Assembly (NCBI GenBank): GCA_051294905.1
Contig: CM119371.1
Span: 29,142,001 to 29,206,000, forward strand
From: Botryllus schlosseri
Taxonomy: Eukaryota
DNA: 64,000 nt
Direction: 5' to 3'
Positions 23,325 through 37,345 of this stretch are shown here, one piece after another. Numbering within the stretch: the first letter of the stretch is position 1; every line of letters begins with the position of its first letter. A program made the translations under genes and the position numbers. The notes under the pieces are model-generated. The model worked only from the letters and a program-made list of their open reading frames with translations, was not told where the DNA came from and searched no databases.

Positions 23325-25036
23325 ATATATATATATATATATATCAGAAGGTTCAGGATAGCAGGTTATGGAGAGCTCAAGAAGTCATGCGGTCCAATTC
23401 TGTTTGTAGTCTGCTGAGCGTCATTGGTAGGTTTTTTTTCCGGCCAAGTCGCGCTTTGATTGTTCTTGTGATGTTTTTAAAAGTCCTGTTTATGTATTCA
23501 ATCGGGTCTTCCTCCATTTCATTGTCGATGTCTAGTCGAATTCTGTTTCTTATCACTTTCTCTTGATATATTGTTATTATTAGTTTCGTTGCAAAGTCTT
23601 TTTCCGTGATGCTGTTTTTCCCTAATGTCGAACGTTGTCCTGTTGCGTTAGTGAGGATGGTCTCCTCCTTTTTTTGCATTCGTGCATTCGTACAAGATAT
23701 GATCTAGAGCAGGGGTCACCAACACGCGGCCCGCGGGCCGCATGCGGCCCGCGAGGTCATATTTTGCGGCCCGCGACGTGATTTGAGATTTCAGAAGAAA
23801 ACTGAGAAAACGAATGTGAAATGCAGTTTCAAGTATTGTTGTTGTTGTTGTTTCGAAATAAGCTATTCTCCTGTGCCCAACATCACTATTCGTCACTAGC
23901 TAAAACGGCTTTGGAGATGGCAACAGCATTCCATCGAGGGAGAATAATCTGCTGGAACGAATGGGCTGGGCATATTGCCTTGACGTGCAATGGCCAAAAC
24001 ACTGCCAAGATCGAGACACCTATAAAACGGCATACGGCAGTGGTTCACTGGGCTGCGCGCCCCTCTTGTGGGGGCGTGAAAGCATCTGAAGAGGGTGCGG
24101 GGCTGCGGTCAACTGAAAAATTTTTCGCGATCCGCGCGATTTACATTAAGTTTATATTTTGTGGATGTTCCGTGTATTTTGTGTATATCAACAGTCATAA
24201 CCTTCAATGCCATCAAACTATCCGTTGGGATTGCTAGCATTCTGGTGGCATTTTGTGATATGACGATAAGGGGGGGGGGGCGAAAGTTTTCAGTATCATT
24301 ATGGGGGGTGTGTCTAAAAATGTTTGAGAACCACTGGCTTAGGGCTTCCCCGCAAGATCAAGCTTTACGTGGAGATGGTATTTCAGCTAGTACCGTATCT
24401 CGCTAGCCCCAATATCGAGTCCTTATTCGCTGAAAAGCGTTTCCAGTATCGTGCACAGCTCAGACTTCAAAATAAAATGAAAAGAATGATATGATTTTTT
24501 GTTTTATTTGTATTCCTTTGAGGAAATATTACTTCTTTTGTGGTCACTACGCCCATTACCTAAATTAAGTAGCACGGCGTTGTACTGACGTAGAGTTCCG
24601 AAACGATGGTTGCCTAGTTTATACCGATATTGCATTCATGCGGCCCGCGGCCGCTGCGAAATTTGAAAAGTGGCCCGCGACCCGATTTGAGTTGGCGACC
24701 CCTGATCTAGAGGGTCTCGCACCTGTGGTTGCATTGTCTGCATCTTGTGAGTGCAGTTGTTCCGCTCCGATGGTAGGGGAAGTTTATTTTTATTTTTTCT
24801 CCCCGAATAGGTAGCCATCGTGTGCTATTCGGGTACGTTGTTATTTTTTCTTAATTTCTTATGAGGTTTCTCATGCCCTCATCCTTTGTGAGGAGGGCTT
24901 GCCATTTAATTGTGGCAGGTGTTTCGGTGTCGAGGTTCTCATGATGTTTTTTCATTCCCTGATATAGGGCTTTCTGGGTGGCCTCCTTCCATTCTTCTAT
25001 TTCCCAATTCAGTTTTTCTGCATTTTCTGCGCGACT
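23325..25036 (-). mobile_element. 3' fragment of an L1/Tx1-like non-LTR retrotransposon ending at (TA)n
   Basis: CRQCNHRCET...HILYEC zinc knuckle split by the MITE; A-rich coding strand; short 3' UTR then a TA microsatellite. Confidence 0.5.
23710..24704. mobile_element. hAT (Charlie-like) MITE with a nested MITE remnant (about 24038-24336)
   Basis: TIR caggggtcaccaac/gttggcgacccctg and a perfect 8-bp TSD atctagag. Confidence 0.9.
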
Positions 25037-25875
25037 CTAGCATACTCGCATTGCATCAATGTAAGCGATCGGCTCGCTCATTATCACCGGCGTCCGATCT
25101 GTCGCCTTCTGCTTAGTCGCAGCCCGCACGCACGGTTGAATGGACGTCATATTACTGGAGATTCGTGCGGCCGTGGATAGACTTTTCGTCTGTTTACATC
25201 GTATATTGATTACATGCCACGTGCCCCGCAATGGTGGTCGTAATCACCTTACAGTCGTACACTGCGATCCTATGTACATGTGTGTATTGCGATCCTATGT
25301 ACATGTGGAACACTCACCACCAAGAACCCGTCGCACTGGGCTGGGCATCAGCCCCCCTGTTTTTCTGTGCCACCGGAGTATACGTACAGCGTGTTCCTGT
25401 TCTTGTCGCGCAGCAGCAGCTCTACAGTGGTGCCCACCGTAAATACTAAATTCAAATTTTTCGACGGCAATAACTCCGCTTCCACTGTTTGGAATTGAAC
25501 CAAATTTGGTGAACATGGTTTCTATAGACAATCTAACACTTTCATGTGATGAACAGAAAATTTAAAAAAAATTTATTGTTTATTTTTACATAATAAATAG
25601 AAACTTCCTTCTCCTGTAGCAAAGCGGTTACTGGCTGGAATTGAACCAAATTCTGTGTGTAGGCTTAAATTAGGTAACCTAACAATTTTATCATGTAGCC
25701 AGTACGATTTGAAAAAAAAAGAGCCCTAACCTACAGTTATCATGGCCGCAGCATAATCGCTGACTTTCAAGCGATCAAAAACCTGGCATAGAGGTCTTTG
25801 TCGTTCAATATGTTTACAGGAGCTTTTACAGCAGGGCGTAGTAACAGGACGAAAAGTTTTGAGCCTGCTGCACAC

Positions 25876-26294
25876 CAGAGATGAGCATGGATTAGGATTA
25901 GGTTTTGAAAATACAGGATTTGTAAAATTTTGTCGGATTTGGATTGGATTTGGATTAGACATTTTTTTCAGAGCGGATTAGGATTTGGATTGGATTGACC
26001 TGTTTTCTGGGAGAATGAAATGTCGTGTGGCGAATAGCGACAAACTTTATTCAGATCAGTTATTATTGTACTTATGGTTGCTAAGTTATCTTGAATCAAG
26101 TGAATCGTTGGTTGTGAAAGAAAATTTTCGAATCCCTCTGTTGCATAAATTAGTATTTTTTCTGAATTTCCAATTGGAATCGGATTAGGATTGGACATGG
26201 ACTTGAATATGAAAAAGTTATGGATTAGGATTTGGATTTGGATTTGAAGGTTCGGATTTGGATTGGATTTAGAAATTTCAAATCCGCTCAACTC
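25876..26294. mobile_element. Second copy of the 4177-4602 hAT MITE
   Basis: Near-identical over about 420 bp; right TIR degenerate. Confidence 0.9.
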
Positions 26295-28156
26295 ACAACA
26301 TGCCGTCTCCGGACAGGGTTGCGCAACTCCGCGACAAAGTTGCGAGCGACTTCAACAGTTACTGATCGTTAGCTCCAGTGGTGCCACTCCTGGTGTTAAA
26401 CACTAGATATAGTGTTTTATCGGTCGTTCTAGTGTTTTTTGTCGCACAATTTTGCTAATCTAGTGTTTTTCTGCAATTGTGCGAACAAGGAATATTTTAA
26501 CATCAGACTACTAAATTATATACGCTAAATTCATCGCTAATAAGGCGATTTGTTGCCTCTGACTATGTTTGTTTTCAACACTTCTATATGGTGGTGCAGC
26601 AACAAGCAATTGTTACGTAACAGGGTGCGCTGTGAATCCGTCTTTATGAGCAAATGTCTCAGAAAAGTTAAGAGCGATTTCGCTCTAATGCTGTGACGTT
26701 TCTTGTTGAACTCACTCTGCGGATGAGAGAAAGATTTTCATTTACCGAGGACAGCGTACTTGAGTGTATCCAATCCGTTAACAGCCTTGTCAACACAAAG
26801 AAATATAAAATCAATCGTTCCTCTAGCTGCGCAATTTTCCTTTATGATATTATTTGATGAACTTAATGATTTGTTGAAAGAATGGGCTGCTTTGAAATAT
26901 TCGCAAAATAAGCTGCAGGTTATCAGTCAATATGCCATCCAACAGAATTTTGGCAAAAATGGAAATATGTGCACAATGGAATCGGTGAATCAAAATTTCC
27001 TTTACTGCGAAAGCTCATGTCGAATCTCTTGGCATTGTCACATTCCGCTCCATGCATGGAAATGAAGTATGCTCATTGAATTTAAACTGATCTGAGGCCA
27101 TTTTAATACTTGAACTGCAAGAACGTATTCTCTACTGTAAGAAGTACCCGTACTGTTAATGCTTAACGAAGACAAACCAGTACCGGCAGTAGGCTATACC
27201 GATACCGCGAAAGTCTCAGTCATTGTATGAGTACAGGTGCAATTATTATGCCTTTCTGATTAATTTTAACCTGTGTACATTGGTTGGAAACTGGGTTAAG
27301 CAGTTACTTTTAATCGAGGTGTGTCATGGGTTCACGGATGTATATTTCAGTTACCGGTACATATCGGTGCGCGACGTCTGTAAATCTTATTGTTTACTAG
27401 GTTAGGTAGCAGTGTAATTCTTAATGTTAGATTTCATCTAATCAGACTTCGGTACGAAATGTGGTGGAGAGAAGTCAGACATGGATTATGCATCATTATG
27501 AAGAATGAGGTTCCCGAGAGCTAAAACTAGTACTGCTTTTAATCAGCATAAAACCAAGTTGAAGTAGAAGTACTCCTGCTCGTACTACAGTGTCGTACTG
27601 TCGCTACTTTGTACTTGTAATTGAGTAGCTTTCTTGAATACTTAATCGACCTCTGGTCACTTTCACACCTTTGGTTGGTCGCGTTTGTATTCCTCTCATG
27701 GGGTTCGCTGGCTTCGCAACCTCAGCTGACGCATGGTCGGACGCAAAATATGTACTCACTTCCATTCCGACTGCATTTAACTAGCATGAATTAGCAATGG
27801 GAGCATAAATTATCACATCAGAAAGGCCAGAGACGAATTCAGACCTAGGTAAAGCTGGCAGAAACAGACGTCGCAAGGAGATTCGCCGACTCCAACGGGC
27901 GATGGCTTACGAATAGAAGGCTGTTGTCAAAGCGAAACGCGTCTCGCAACACGAAGCCAGGCGAAAGTTGTCTCTCATGAAGTCGAGCGACGGCCTGCTT
28001 CGAAAGGCGAATAAGACGTAGATGCGTGCGCCACTTCATTGTTATGACGATTTACTTTTAGGCGGTGGCCTTGGTTGTGTTTTCAGATTGCGATTGTCAC
28101 TGCCATTTTCCTTTCGACAAAGATACGAGTAATACCTGGCTAACATTCTTATACAT

Positions 28157-28594
28157 TAGGCTTACCATAGTCCTCTTTTAAGAGGATTTGTCCTCTTTTT
28201 TGACATTTTTGAAAGTGTCCTCGGAGGACGCCCTTTTGTCCTCTTTTTTGAGATTTTGTCCTCTTTTTTGAAAATTTAGGCAGATTTAGAGCAAATTGCG
28301 AGTGATATGCCGCATATTAGCACAGAAGTGAAGCTCCGACAGGTATTTCGGAGTGAAAAACGGTGATTTTAGCTGTGAGCGAAAAGATGACCTTTTTTTT
28401 AGTCATCAACCTGGCAATGTGGAGTAAAAAACGTTATTTTGAGCTCCGAGCGGAAAAGATGACCTTTTTTTTAGTCAACCGATGACGAAGTGGGAGAAAT
28501 TAACCGGTTTTTGAGAATTTCACTCCGGTTTTGCAAGTTGCAAATTTCTGAAAAAGTGTCCTCTTTTTTGATTTCCAAAATATGGTAAGCCTTA
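28157..28594. mobile_element. hAT-type MITE
   Basis: TIR taggcttaccata/tatggtaagcct, gtcctctttt repeats, ttatacat on both flanks. Confidence 0.75.
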
Positions 28595-28917
28595 TTTATT
28601 ATACATGTTATCTGATACGTTTATCTGATACGTTTCCCTGTGTCGTATGTAGGGGACTTAACAGAAAAGGCGATCAGCTGCGAGATTTCTTTTTAAGGCG
28701 ATCAGCTGCGAGATACGTTTATTGCCCGTAATCAGACGCGATTTTACCCAACACAGCAACGCATCTAGGCGCATTCTCTGACCATTTGCACGGTTGCCTC
28801 TCGTCCCGTGTCGCTGAATCTTCTTGAGATGTGTATCGTAGCAGATCTTCGAAAAGCAGGTTCGTCCACTCCGTCCAGTTTTCGAGGCTCTCGTATGACA
28901 TCTCTCATGAGACATTA

Positions 28918-30420
28918 TCATCGCAATCGTTATAATGCCTCCCAACGTGTATTCAAAGATATGTTATAAGAAGCAAAACAAATGTAACCGTGAGTAATCG
29001 TTGATTGTGAAGATTTGAAATCTGCATCGTCATACAGGCGCCGCCATGTCTGCTCTTATCTGCGTTCAATCAACGCAATGTGCAAAACTGAATTCAACCT
29101 TTACGGCAGGCTATATGTCGGGTAAAACGATTTCGCGGGGGATATTGATTTCAGGCATGAAAGCAATTTTGATTTGTCAGTACTAACTTCACATCGAGCC
29201 CGTTTTTGATTGATGTTCGTTTGCTATAGAATAGAATTGCGCGACGTAAATGGCACGCTAGTGTGCCACGGCACACCGATTGAGAACCACTCTACTAAAC
29301 CATTATTTGGAATTATGCGAACGTAATTCCCAGACCATCTTTCAAATATGATGGACACTATGAAAACCTTGTGTTATCGAGGTACTCGAGAAAGTAGTAT
29401 GGATGTCATTCGGAACGACAAGCTTGGGTAATTACTATTCCGTTAATTGAAGAGAATCGCGTTCACACATCCTTTACTTCGATGCGTGCGCAGAGAGATA
29501 ATTATGTATGCGCGCTCGTTCGGGTAGGTCGTTCCTCGTTCGTCCGTCCATTCATTGCTTGCCGTGTTCAGGACAGAACGTGTCTGTGAGACAGTTCGAT
29601 TCTTTCGGCAATGGTTAACGCCATGTCACGTAGCATTTGCTTTGCTTCTTCCAATTTGATCTTGTTCTGCCGTTGTCGTCTTTGTGTTCGCTATCACTTT
29701 GTTATCTCGATCCGACTTGACAGACATTATTTCGCCTGGCGTTGACTCCCGTTATGAATTGTAACAACTTTCTACCTGTTAGATGTATCTCTAATCTAAA
29801 TCTAGTTGACACTTTTGTATCTGTATCTTTCATAACATTGGTCAGCTATAGCATCCTAGACGAACATTGGTCAGCTAGCATCCTAGAAGGCGGGCCAACG
29901 ATACCAAGCAACTCAAAATATAGCAATCGGTAAGTGATCGGATCAGTCATAGTCGGCTATATATCTTACCCACCAGTCGAGTTATTGTCCCGAGTTCACC
30001 AGTATCCAGTCAGTATCCCGATGACGACTTTCCTCTTATCTTTGTTCTGGATAGCGTGTCTTCATGTATGGTCTCTGGTGATGTTACTTGGAACTGCCAG
30101 CACTTCGATATTTTTATGACGTTACTAGTCAGCGTGGAGCCCTTTTCCCGTGTTTCGTCTCCCACATCGTTTTTACCATTGCAGGCGATGCGGTCGGCGG
30201 TTTTGTAGGCAAAACTCAACCGAATATGATGAATATGTTGAAAAAAATATGGCACATCGATAGTTATTTGCTGACAGGTCGGGCGAATGCCCTATTCGGC
30301 ACTCCCGTTGGTGCGTGTGTGGCCAAGGCTGGCACGATAGTCTTATCTACTCTAATACGTATCGCCCGACAACGACCAACATTAACTGGAAGGCGCCGGG
30401 ACGTCGGCCAGCCAGATAAG
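28918..30420. repeat. Diverged duplicated segment, copy B
   Basis: Colinear with 1070-2760. Confidence 0.85.
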
Positions 30421-30799
30421 TTACAAGCTGATCGGACATTGGAGGCCTGCACGCACGTCGTTCCGTTTATTGCAAGATAATTGAACAGGCCTAGTCGAGG
30501 AATCCTTTCGTCCAATCCGCCATGTAGGATGTTGATGCTTGGTAATATGTCCTGATAATCACACTGTCGCTCCGTTCAGTTGCCCCGCGTCATGAGTAGA
30601 GCCCGACCGATATTGGATTTCTGAGCCGATACCGATAAGACCGATATCCAGTACCTCCACCGATAACCCCGATATATTCAGCCGATATTCAACAGATATG
30701 GAATATAGCTCAAGGGCCATAATTAGCACCTCGGAAAATTTATTTCAACAACTTTACAGCCATTGACATGCTTGAACATGAAATAGATAGATGATCTAG

Positions 30800-31200
30800 G
30801 GGCTATGAAAATATATCGAAAGCACCAATCCAGCAGTTGCAGATTCTAGTTCAAGAAGCACAATTTCTCGGCCCTTTCTCTAAGGAGTGAACTTCTGTGG
30901 TCTTCCATACATGATGTATATAGTACTAAACACAGTGAGCAGTCTTTCACTTGGTGCCATAGTTAGTGGCACAGCAAGAATAGGAAATCTTTCTTCATTT
31001 CGGTTCCACCGCTCCCTTGCGGGGGATCTTTTCCTTCAATGGTTTCACCAAATATTGATATTCTTCTGGCAGTGCACTTGGAGCCTTCAGCACATCATTA
31101 ACAAATAGCTGAAGAGCATGTGCAAAACAACTTGAATTGTCCAGTCTGCAACTGCTCCACCCATCCCCCTTGGGCCTTGACCATGACCAGCATTTCAACA
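30800..31200 (-). pseudogene. hAT transposase remnant
   Basis: SCFAHALQLFVNDVL (CxxH motif) and APSERL..VFST (dimerisation motif). Confidence 0.75.
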
Positions 31201-31763
31201 ATCAATTGATCAATATTTTACGCTCTCTTGTCAGAATTGGCCAATGCCATCACGGAATCGAAAATTTTCGTATCAATTATTGGCTTTACTCCACGCTTGC
31301 TTGATTTACTTGCCCTATATGCTCACATATTTCCTATCGTGGTGGCGCCGCAGGCCTCGGGGTCAGAGTCAGACGACTTCATACATTACTGGTATAATTA
31401 GCTCTGTTGGTACCGAACCAATAGCACTATCTTCAGAGAAATGTTTCGACGCGACGCTTTTCTCTATCATCACGTGGGTCAGTCCAGCATGATTGAAGTT
31501 CTCATTTCTCTTACTGATTGAAATCTTCTGCAGACAACTATCCATCCAGCTGCTCTCTGTCTTTGGTGATCTATAGATAACTAACCTACGGATAGATACC
31601 CAACAGCCGTCGTCATGCTTGCTTGCCCGGAGGAAAATACTGCTAAGCAATCTGTACGCAGCGTGATTGCTAATCCCATAGCTGACGACCCGAGCGCTCA
31701 AATTAAATATAGTTGATCTTATTTGAAAGCTACTGTCGCACTGATTCCGAAAATATACATTAA

Positions 31764-33529
31764 CACTAGAACTACCGGAACTTCGAACTATCTAGAACTA
31801 CCATGTGGCTTTTTTGACGCATGTTGAATCTTCTTCGATTAAATGCATTTACCGGACCTAAGAATCAGCACAAATCTCAACAAACGGCATCAGAAACCAT
31901 TGTTTATTGTGCTCACAGCTACTTGCAATATTTTACATACACCTTAGGTCAACACTTATAAAACAAATCGCCGTTTTTTGGTGCAACATATAAGTGTTGC
32001 TCTGGTGCGCATTTGGCATTTGAGCACGTTCTTTGAAAATTTAGAGTAGGTTCCAGATCCGCTTTAGCCACATCATCATTGTTGGTTATTGCTGACATAT
32101 CATAAAGCTTATCATATAAGATTTGCATAATTCAATTTTGCAACTAATCCTCGATTTGTTGCATAATTCAATTTTGCAACTAATCCTCGATTTGCATATT
32201 TTTAGAGTATCGGCATTTTGGCAAGTAGACGATCATTCACATTCTAAGAAAACATGCACGGACCATCGTCGACTTGTTGGTACCCTCATAGAATACTGCC
32301 TTGCAACCTGACCAATAATAACCCCATGGTTTTGTTTCGGTATAACATTTAACCGTCACTGGTTTCTTGTTTGTGTTGTTTCTGAAGGAAACAGTTACCT
32401 GAGGTTGCAGTGAACTCAATATATATATGTACAAATTCGATCTCTACACTGGCATCTCGCCGTTACGCTTATCAACAAGATGATAGCTTTGAAAAGTGTG
32501 GCTACATGAAGCTGCCTGTGTTCCTTCTGGTCCTGGGTAGCTTCAAGCAACTTTTGACAATAGTGTCAACTGGGACTTCGTTTGCTTCTCCAAGCGTATA
32601 CAGCCACATTCACGTAACATTGTTTCGAGATGGATTACATCAGACTCTTCACATTACTATGCTTGGCAAATGTATAGATTATGGAAGAGGTGTCCTGTCC
32701 TATCCTTGCCCAAATATGAGACGCCCTTGTACAGATACTTGGTAGCAGCAGCGTCCACCATCTGACATTTTACCCCAATTATTTGCTGGCATTTCGACCA
32801 TGTAATGAACGAAAACCATATTATCTTTATCGAATCCACACCTTTTTTTACTCCTTATGTCAATGGAAAGATCATGACTTCCATAAATCTGTTCTTCGAG
32901 AGGGCCTGACTAAACATAATGCACCCATGCCTTCAGTCCTCATATGCATTCAATTCACTAGATTCAGCTCACTCTCCCCCCAAAGATCCATCTCGTAGAC
33001 CGGAGCAAAGACCCTTTGCCCTTGTACAACCCTAGTATATTAGTATGGACAATACAGATGTCGGCTTGGTCTAATGGTACATTTCAAATTTCATGTCCTG
33101 TAACACGCTGAGCTTCAGAAATATAATATTACAGAGCTTTGGTGACTTGGAACGAGGAAGATACAGGGCCTTCTATTACAAGGGATGTTGTTGCTAACAC
33201 AGTTAGACCGAGTCGATATTAACAAAGTTCTGTTGTTATAAGCGGCTTTTCTGCGTTTATCAGATACATAACCACTTTCAAGAATATGAAACTGAGATCC
33301 CTGAAGGTAGAAAAAGTGTAATGCGTGAAAAAAGCCACTCGGTAGTTCTAGGTAGTTCTGTGTATAACTTTTTTATTTGTACTAGATGAGTGATGAAAAT
33401 CATGGGTAAGGTGGCCTACATAAAATAAATAAAAGTCAAGAAGTTTCAGCCGAACAGCGTAAGATTTGACTGAATGCCAGCTCTTCAAAAATGAAAATGC
33501 GTCAAAAAAGCCACTTGATCGTTCTAGTG
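31764..33529 (-). mobile_element. piggyBac remnant
   Basis: TTAA|cactagaac...gttctagtg|TTAA; transposase remnant GVKCQMVDAAATKYLYKGVSYLGKD. Confidence 0.82.
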
Positions 33530-34254
33530 TTAAAATCTGATCAGGGTTATGGAAGCGCCTCGAAATACACCTTAAAGTCTGAAAATCGGCATTGTTCTGA
33601 ACAATCGCTGCCACGCAAGGGTCATTGTTATGGTCATTGTGGTACGTCGCTGCGATTGTTTGGAACAATGCCGATTTTCACACTTTGAAGGTTATTTCGG
33701 GCTGGTTCCTTTGCCACACTGTAAAAACTGGGCCCACCCCTAGAGGTGGTTCAAAATGCCACCCCATGATCAGAAGGGTAGGGTGGACTGTTCTAACCAC
33801 GCCACAGGGTAGACTGGTCTAACCACCCCTATCCGGATATAACCCTTACCTATCCGGATATATCAACCTTGAGATATGCTTTACAAAAGTCAAACCAAGG
33901 CATAACGACCTATATCCTCATCAAACGCTCAATCTCCGGTTACCAATACCAACCCATATCTTTGTCAAACGCCTATTCATGCTGCACTCTTATATACCAG
34001 GAATGCCATATCGGTGTTTATGAGGTTTATTAAGTATTCGTTATGCATGCTGACATAAATCACCGCCAATGCCTCACGAAAGCTGCGTATTTGTGTCACG
34101 TGTTCCCTTCAAAGCCGACTGCCCACTCTTCATTCGTCGTATCGAAACGAATGACAGGGTATCCATTTCCGTGTTTGGGTGTCTGTTATTATATTAAAAA
34201 AGAATTAGGTCAAATCTACACAGCACATCACACAGGCAGACTTTTAGTAATCAG

Positions 34255-34658
34255 CAGCGTTGGGATCAAGCCACCACCTACGAGTGACGAGTCATTTTGA
34301 CTCGAGTCAAGTCAGAATTCAAGTCAATTTGCCTTTTCTAAGTAAGATGTATCATTACGTCTCAAGTGACTCGAGTCAAGTCAGAATTCAAGTCAAGTTG
34401 CCTTTCCAAAGTAAGATGTATGATTACGTCTTAAGTGATCCGAGTCAAGTCAAGTCACGAGTCAAGTCAGAATTCAAGTCAATTTGCCTTTTTGAAGTAA
34501 GGTGTATGATTACGTCTCAAGTGACTCGAGTCAAGTCAGAATTCAAGTCAAGTTGCTTTTTTAAAGTAAGATGTATGATTACGTCCTAAGTGATTCGAGT
34601 CAAGTCAAAATTCAAGTCAAGTCATATGAAAAAGGTGACTCGAGTCATCCCAACACTG
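34255..34658. mobile_element. hAT MITE with internal tandem repeats
   Basis: TIR cagcgttgggat/atcccaacactg, 8-bp TSD gtaatcag, repeated gactcgagtcaagtcagaattcaagtcaa units. A related end lies at about 54476. Confidence 0.88.
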
Positions 34659-36671
34659 GTAATCAGCCCATGAAACATAAAGAGCATGATCAGGCATATT
34701 TTGTTTGAAGTAAAACTTGAAAAGTAGATTGTTGAGATGTAAGGTGATTCTAGACCAGTGGTTCTCAAAAGAGGGTCGACGAAGCATTTTCAGGGGGTGC
34801 GCGAAGCCTCAAAATAGTTCAGAAAATCACGAGGCAGTTTCGCTTCATTACTAGTAAAACTCCCAGAGCTCACATCAACAGAACAACGTGAATAAAGGGA
34901 TGGTAAGATCAAGAACCCTGAAAGGTTCAGGTTCGTGTGAACATTTTGCTTATATTGAATAATATACAAGGTTTTTGTTCAAAATACGTGACACACAGTT
35001 TGAGAATCGCTGGAATAAACTAAGCAGATTATGCAGTCAGGTGAAAATTGCTATCTTTTTTTTTTGTCACCAACATTGAACGAATTATGTTAGTTATTGC
35101 AATAAAATGCCATTGGTGCGTAATTTACATAGGAGTTGGTAATGGATTCAGATGCTAATTCAGCAATGATGAACTTCGTACCTGATCAATCAAAGGAAGT
35201 GGTCATACTTTTCGTGAAAAACGGCGGGTACTGCGACCATCCAATCTACATTGAGATTCTGTAAAAAATATAATAATAAGGTCAGGAGTTGGGTACGGCG
35301 GGGAGCAAGTTCTCTAGTTCATGACCACATAGCTGTGATCACATTGATGGCGGTCAATTTATTTGTGACACATAAATGGAGAGTCAGTCAAAATATACGG
35401 AGCAAACCATGGATTTTGGAAAAAAATTAAACTTGGTACAGCTGGAATAAAAGATGCAGATTTGGCAGCCAGGTGAAAGTGGCGATCTTTTTTTAGTCGC
35501 CAACATTGAACGAATTATATTAGTTGCGGCAATAAAATACCAATGGTGCATAATTTACATAGTGGAGTTGCAAATCGATTCATATGCAAATAACATTGAT
35601 GAGCTTCGTACCTGATCAATCAATAGGAAGTGGTTATACTTTTCATAAAAAACGGCCGGTATCCGAGATTCTGTGAAAAATACAGAGTTAGTTACTGCGG
35701 GGAGCTAGTTTACTACCTAATGACATTGCTGTAATCTTTCAATTACTACAGTTCAGGGTCGACCAACCTTTTCGGCACAGGGCCACAATAATCCAAAAAA
35801 CCATTGCGCGTGTCACTTTTGTACATATCAATATCGCAGATTTCGGCATGCGCCAGTCATTTTGTGCAACGGTGCCATCACCGACTATCTTTCTGCAAGT
35901 GCAAACGTGAAGTTGCTTGTTGGAAGGCACGGGTCACGTTCTCTGATATTTTCGAATATAGTTGAACTCGTTTCTGTAAATTCGGCGCAAGAAATCAAGT
36001 GACCATAAATCGTGTAAAGGGGTAAGAAAAATTCCAAGTAAAATAAATCCGTTGTGAAATATTCTATTTTACGGTTATATTCCGTACTAAGATCTACGAA
36101 AACGTGCCTGGCTCCTGGCTACGTCAATAGCTAGCAGATGGCTTATTGTTATCGATTTTGACACGTAGTAATATAAGTTCTATTTTTACCGTTACCTAAT
36201 CTGGCAATAGGACGGCGAAAAAAGGACATCAACATTCGAGCGGCCCGCGCAATGGTTCGTAAATTTCATGTGGCCATTTGGCTGAAAAGGTTGGTCCCCC
36301 TTGCTATAGAGCAAGTGCTTTTTTTGCTAAGGAGGTATCAAATAGGTGCCATATCTGATTTTGATGACTAATCAATACAGAGCCAATCACGGCTTATGAA
36401 AATTAATAGGCATGAAAGTCAGAGATTTTATAATCTTGGGTCAAAAATTGCATTATCAATTCTCAATGAATTGACATCATCACTGCCAATACCTCATGAA
36501 TGCTGTGTATTTGTGTCACGCGTTCCGCTTCAAAACTGACTGTCCACTCTTCATTCGCCATATTGAAGCAAATGACAGGGTGTCCATACTTGGGCGTCTC
36601 TTAATATAACAAAAAAGAATCAGGTCAAACATACACACAAACATACATATCGACTAGACTAGCCTATATAG

Positions 36672-37345
36672 CAGTGGTCGGGAACCTTTTTTGTCCAAAG
36701 AGCCATATATGTGGACCCCTATTTTTTCTATCTCAACTCTCAAAGAGCCATACATACCAATCAACTGTTACGTCACAAATGAAAATTCATGACGTCATGG
36801 TAACACTAATTCGAGCTCGCTGCATGGGATTCCTCCTGTGCGCCATATTTCTACAGTAAAATCTGGTATTTATTGTTTGGAAATAAAGGTCGAAATGAGA
36901 CGTATAGAACAGACGGGCCAAGCCTCACCCACAGACGGGCCAAGCCTCACCCTTGATAACGCAATTCATATGTAGCTTCGAAATGGGCGGCGCCCTGTCT
37001 GCTATGCTCTTTGATTAATCAACGTAGTGTGAAATTCAAGATTTCAAGTCAGGTACATAATATTCGCGTGTGATATTGGCCGCCGGCGTGACAGTAACTT
37101 AAATTTGATGATTTTGAAAAGAGGGGGTCCGAGCCCCTAAACCTGAAGACGACATTGTCTTTACTCCTCAAAGAAGACATGTTTGTACTGCCACGAGAAT
37201 AATTATTTTGGCCGTGATTAAAATTTTATAACAACTCGTTGCAATATTGATCAATTCAATACAAAAATCCATATTTCGCAAAGAGCCATATCTTATACCC
37301 AAAAGAGCCATATATGGGTCGTGAGCCATATGTTCCCGACTACTG
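36672..37345. mobile_element. hAT (Charlie-like) MITE
   Basis: TIR cagtggtcgggaac/gttcccgactactg, aaagagccata repeats, degenerate TSD. Confidence 0.75.

Noticed and set aside
34270..34650. CRISPR-like repeat array
   Set aside because: The spacers are themselves repeated, the array sits inside a TIR/TSD-bounded MITE, and no cas genes are present.
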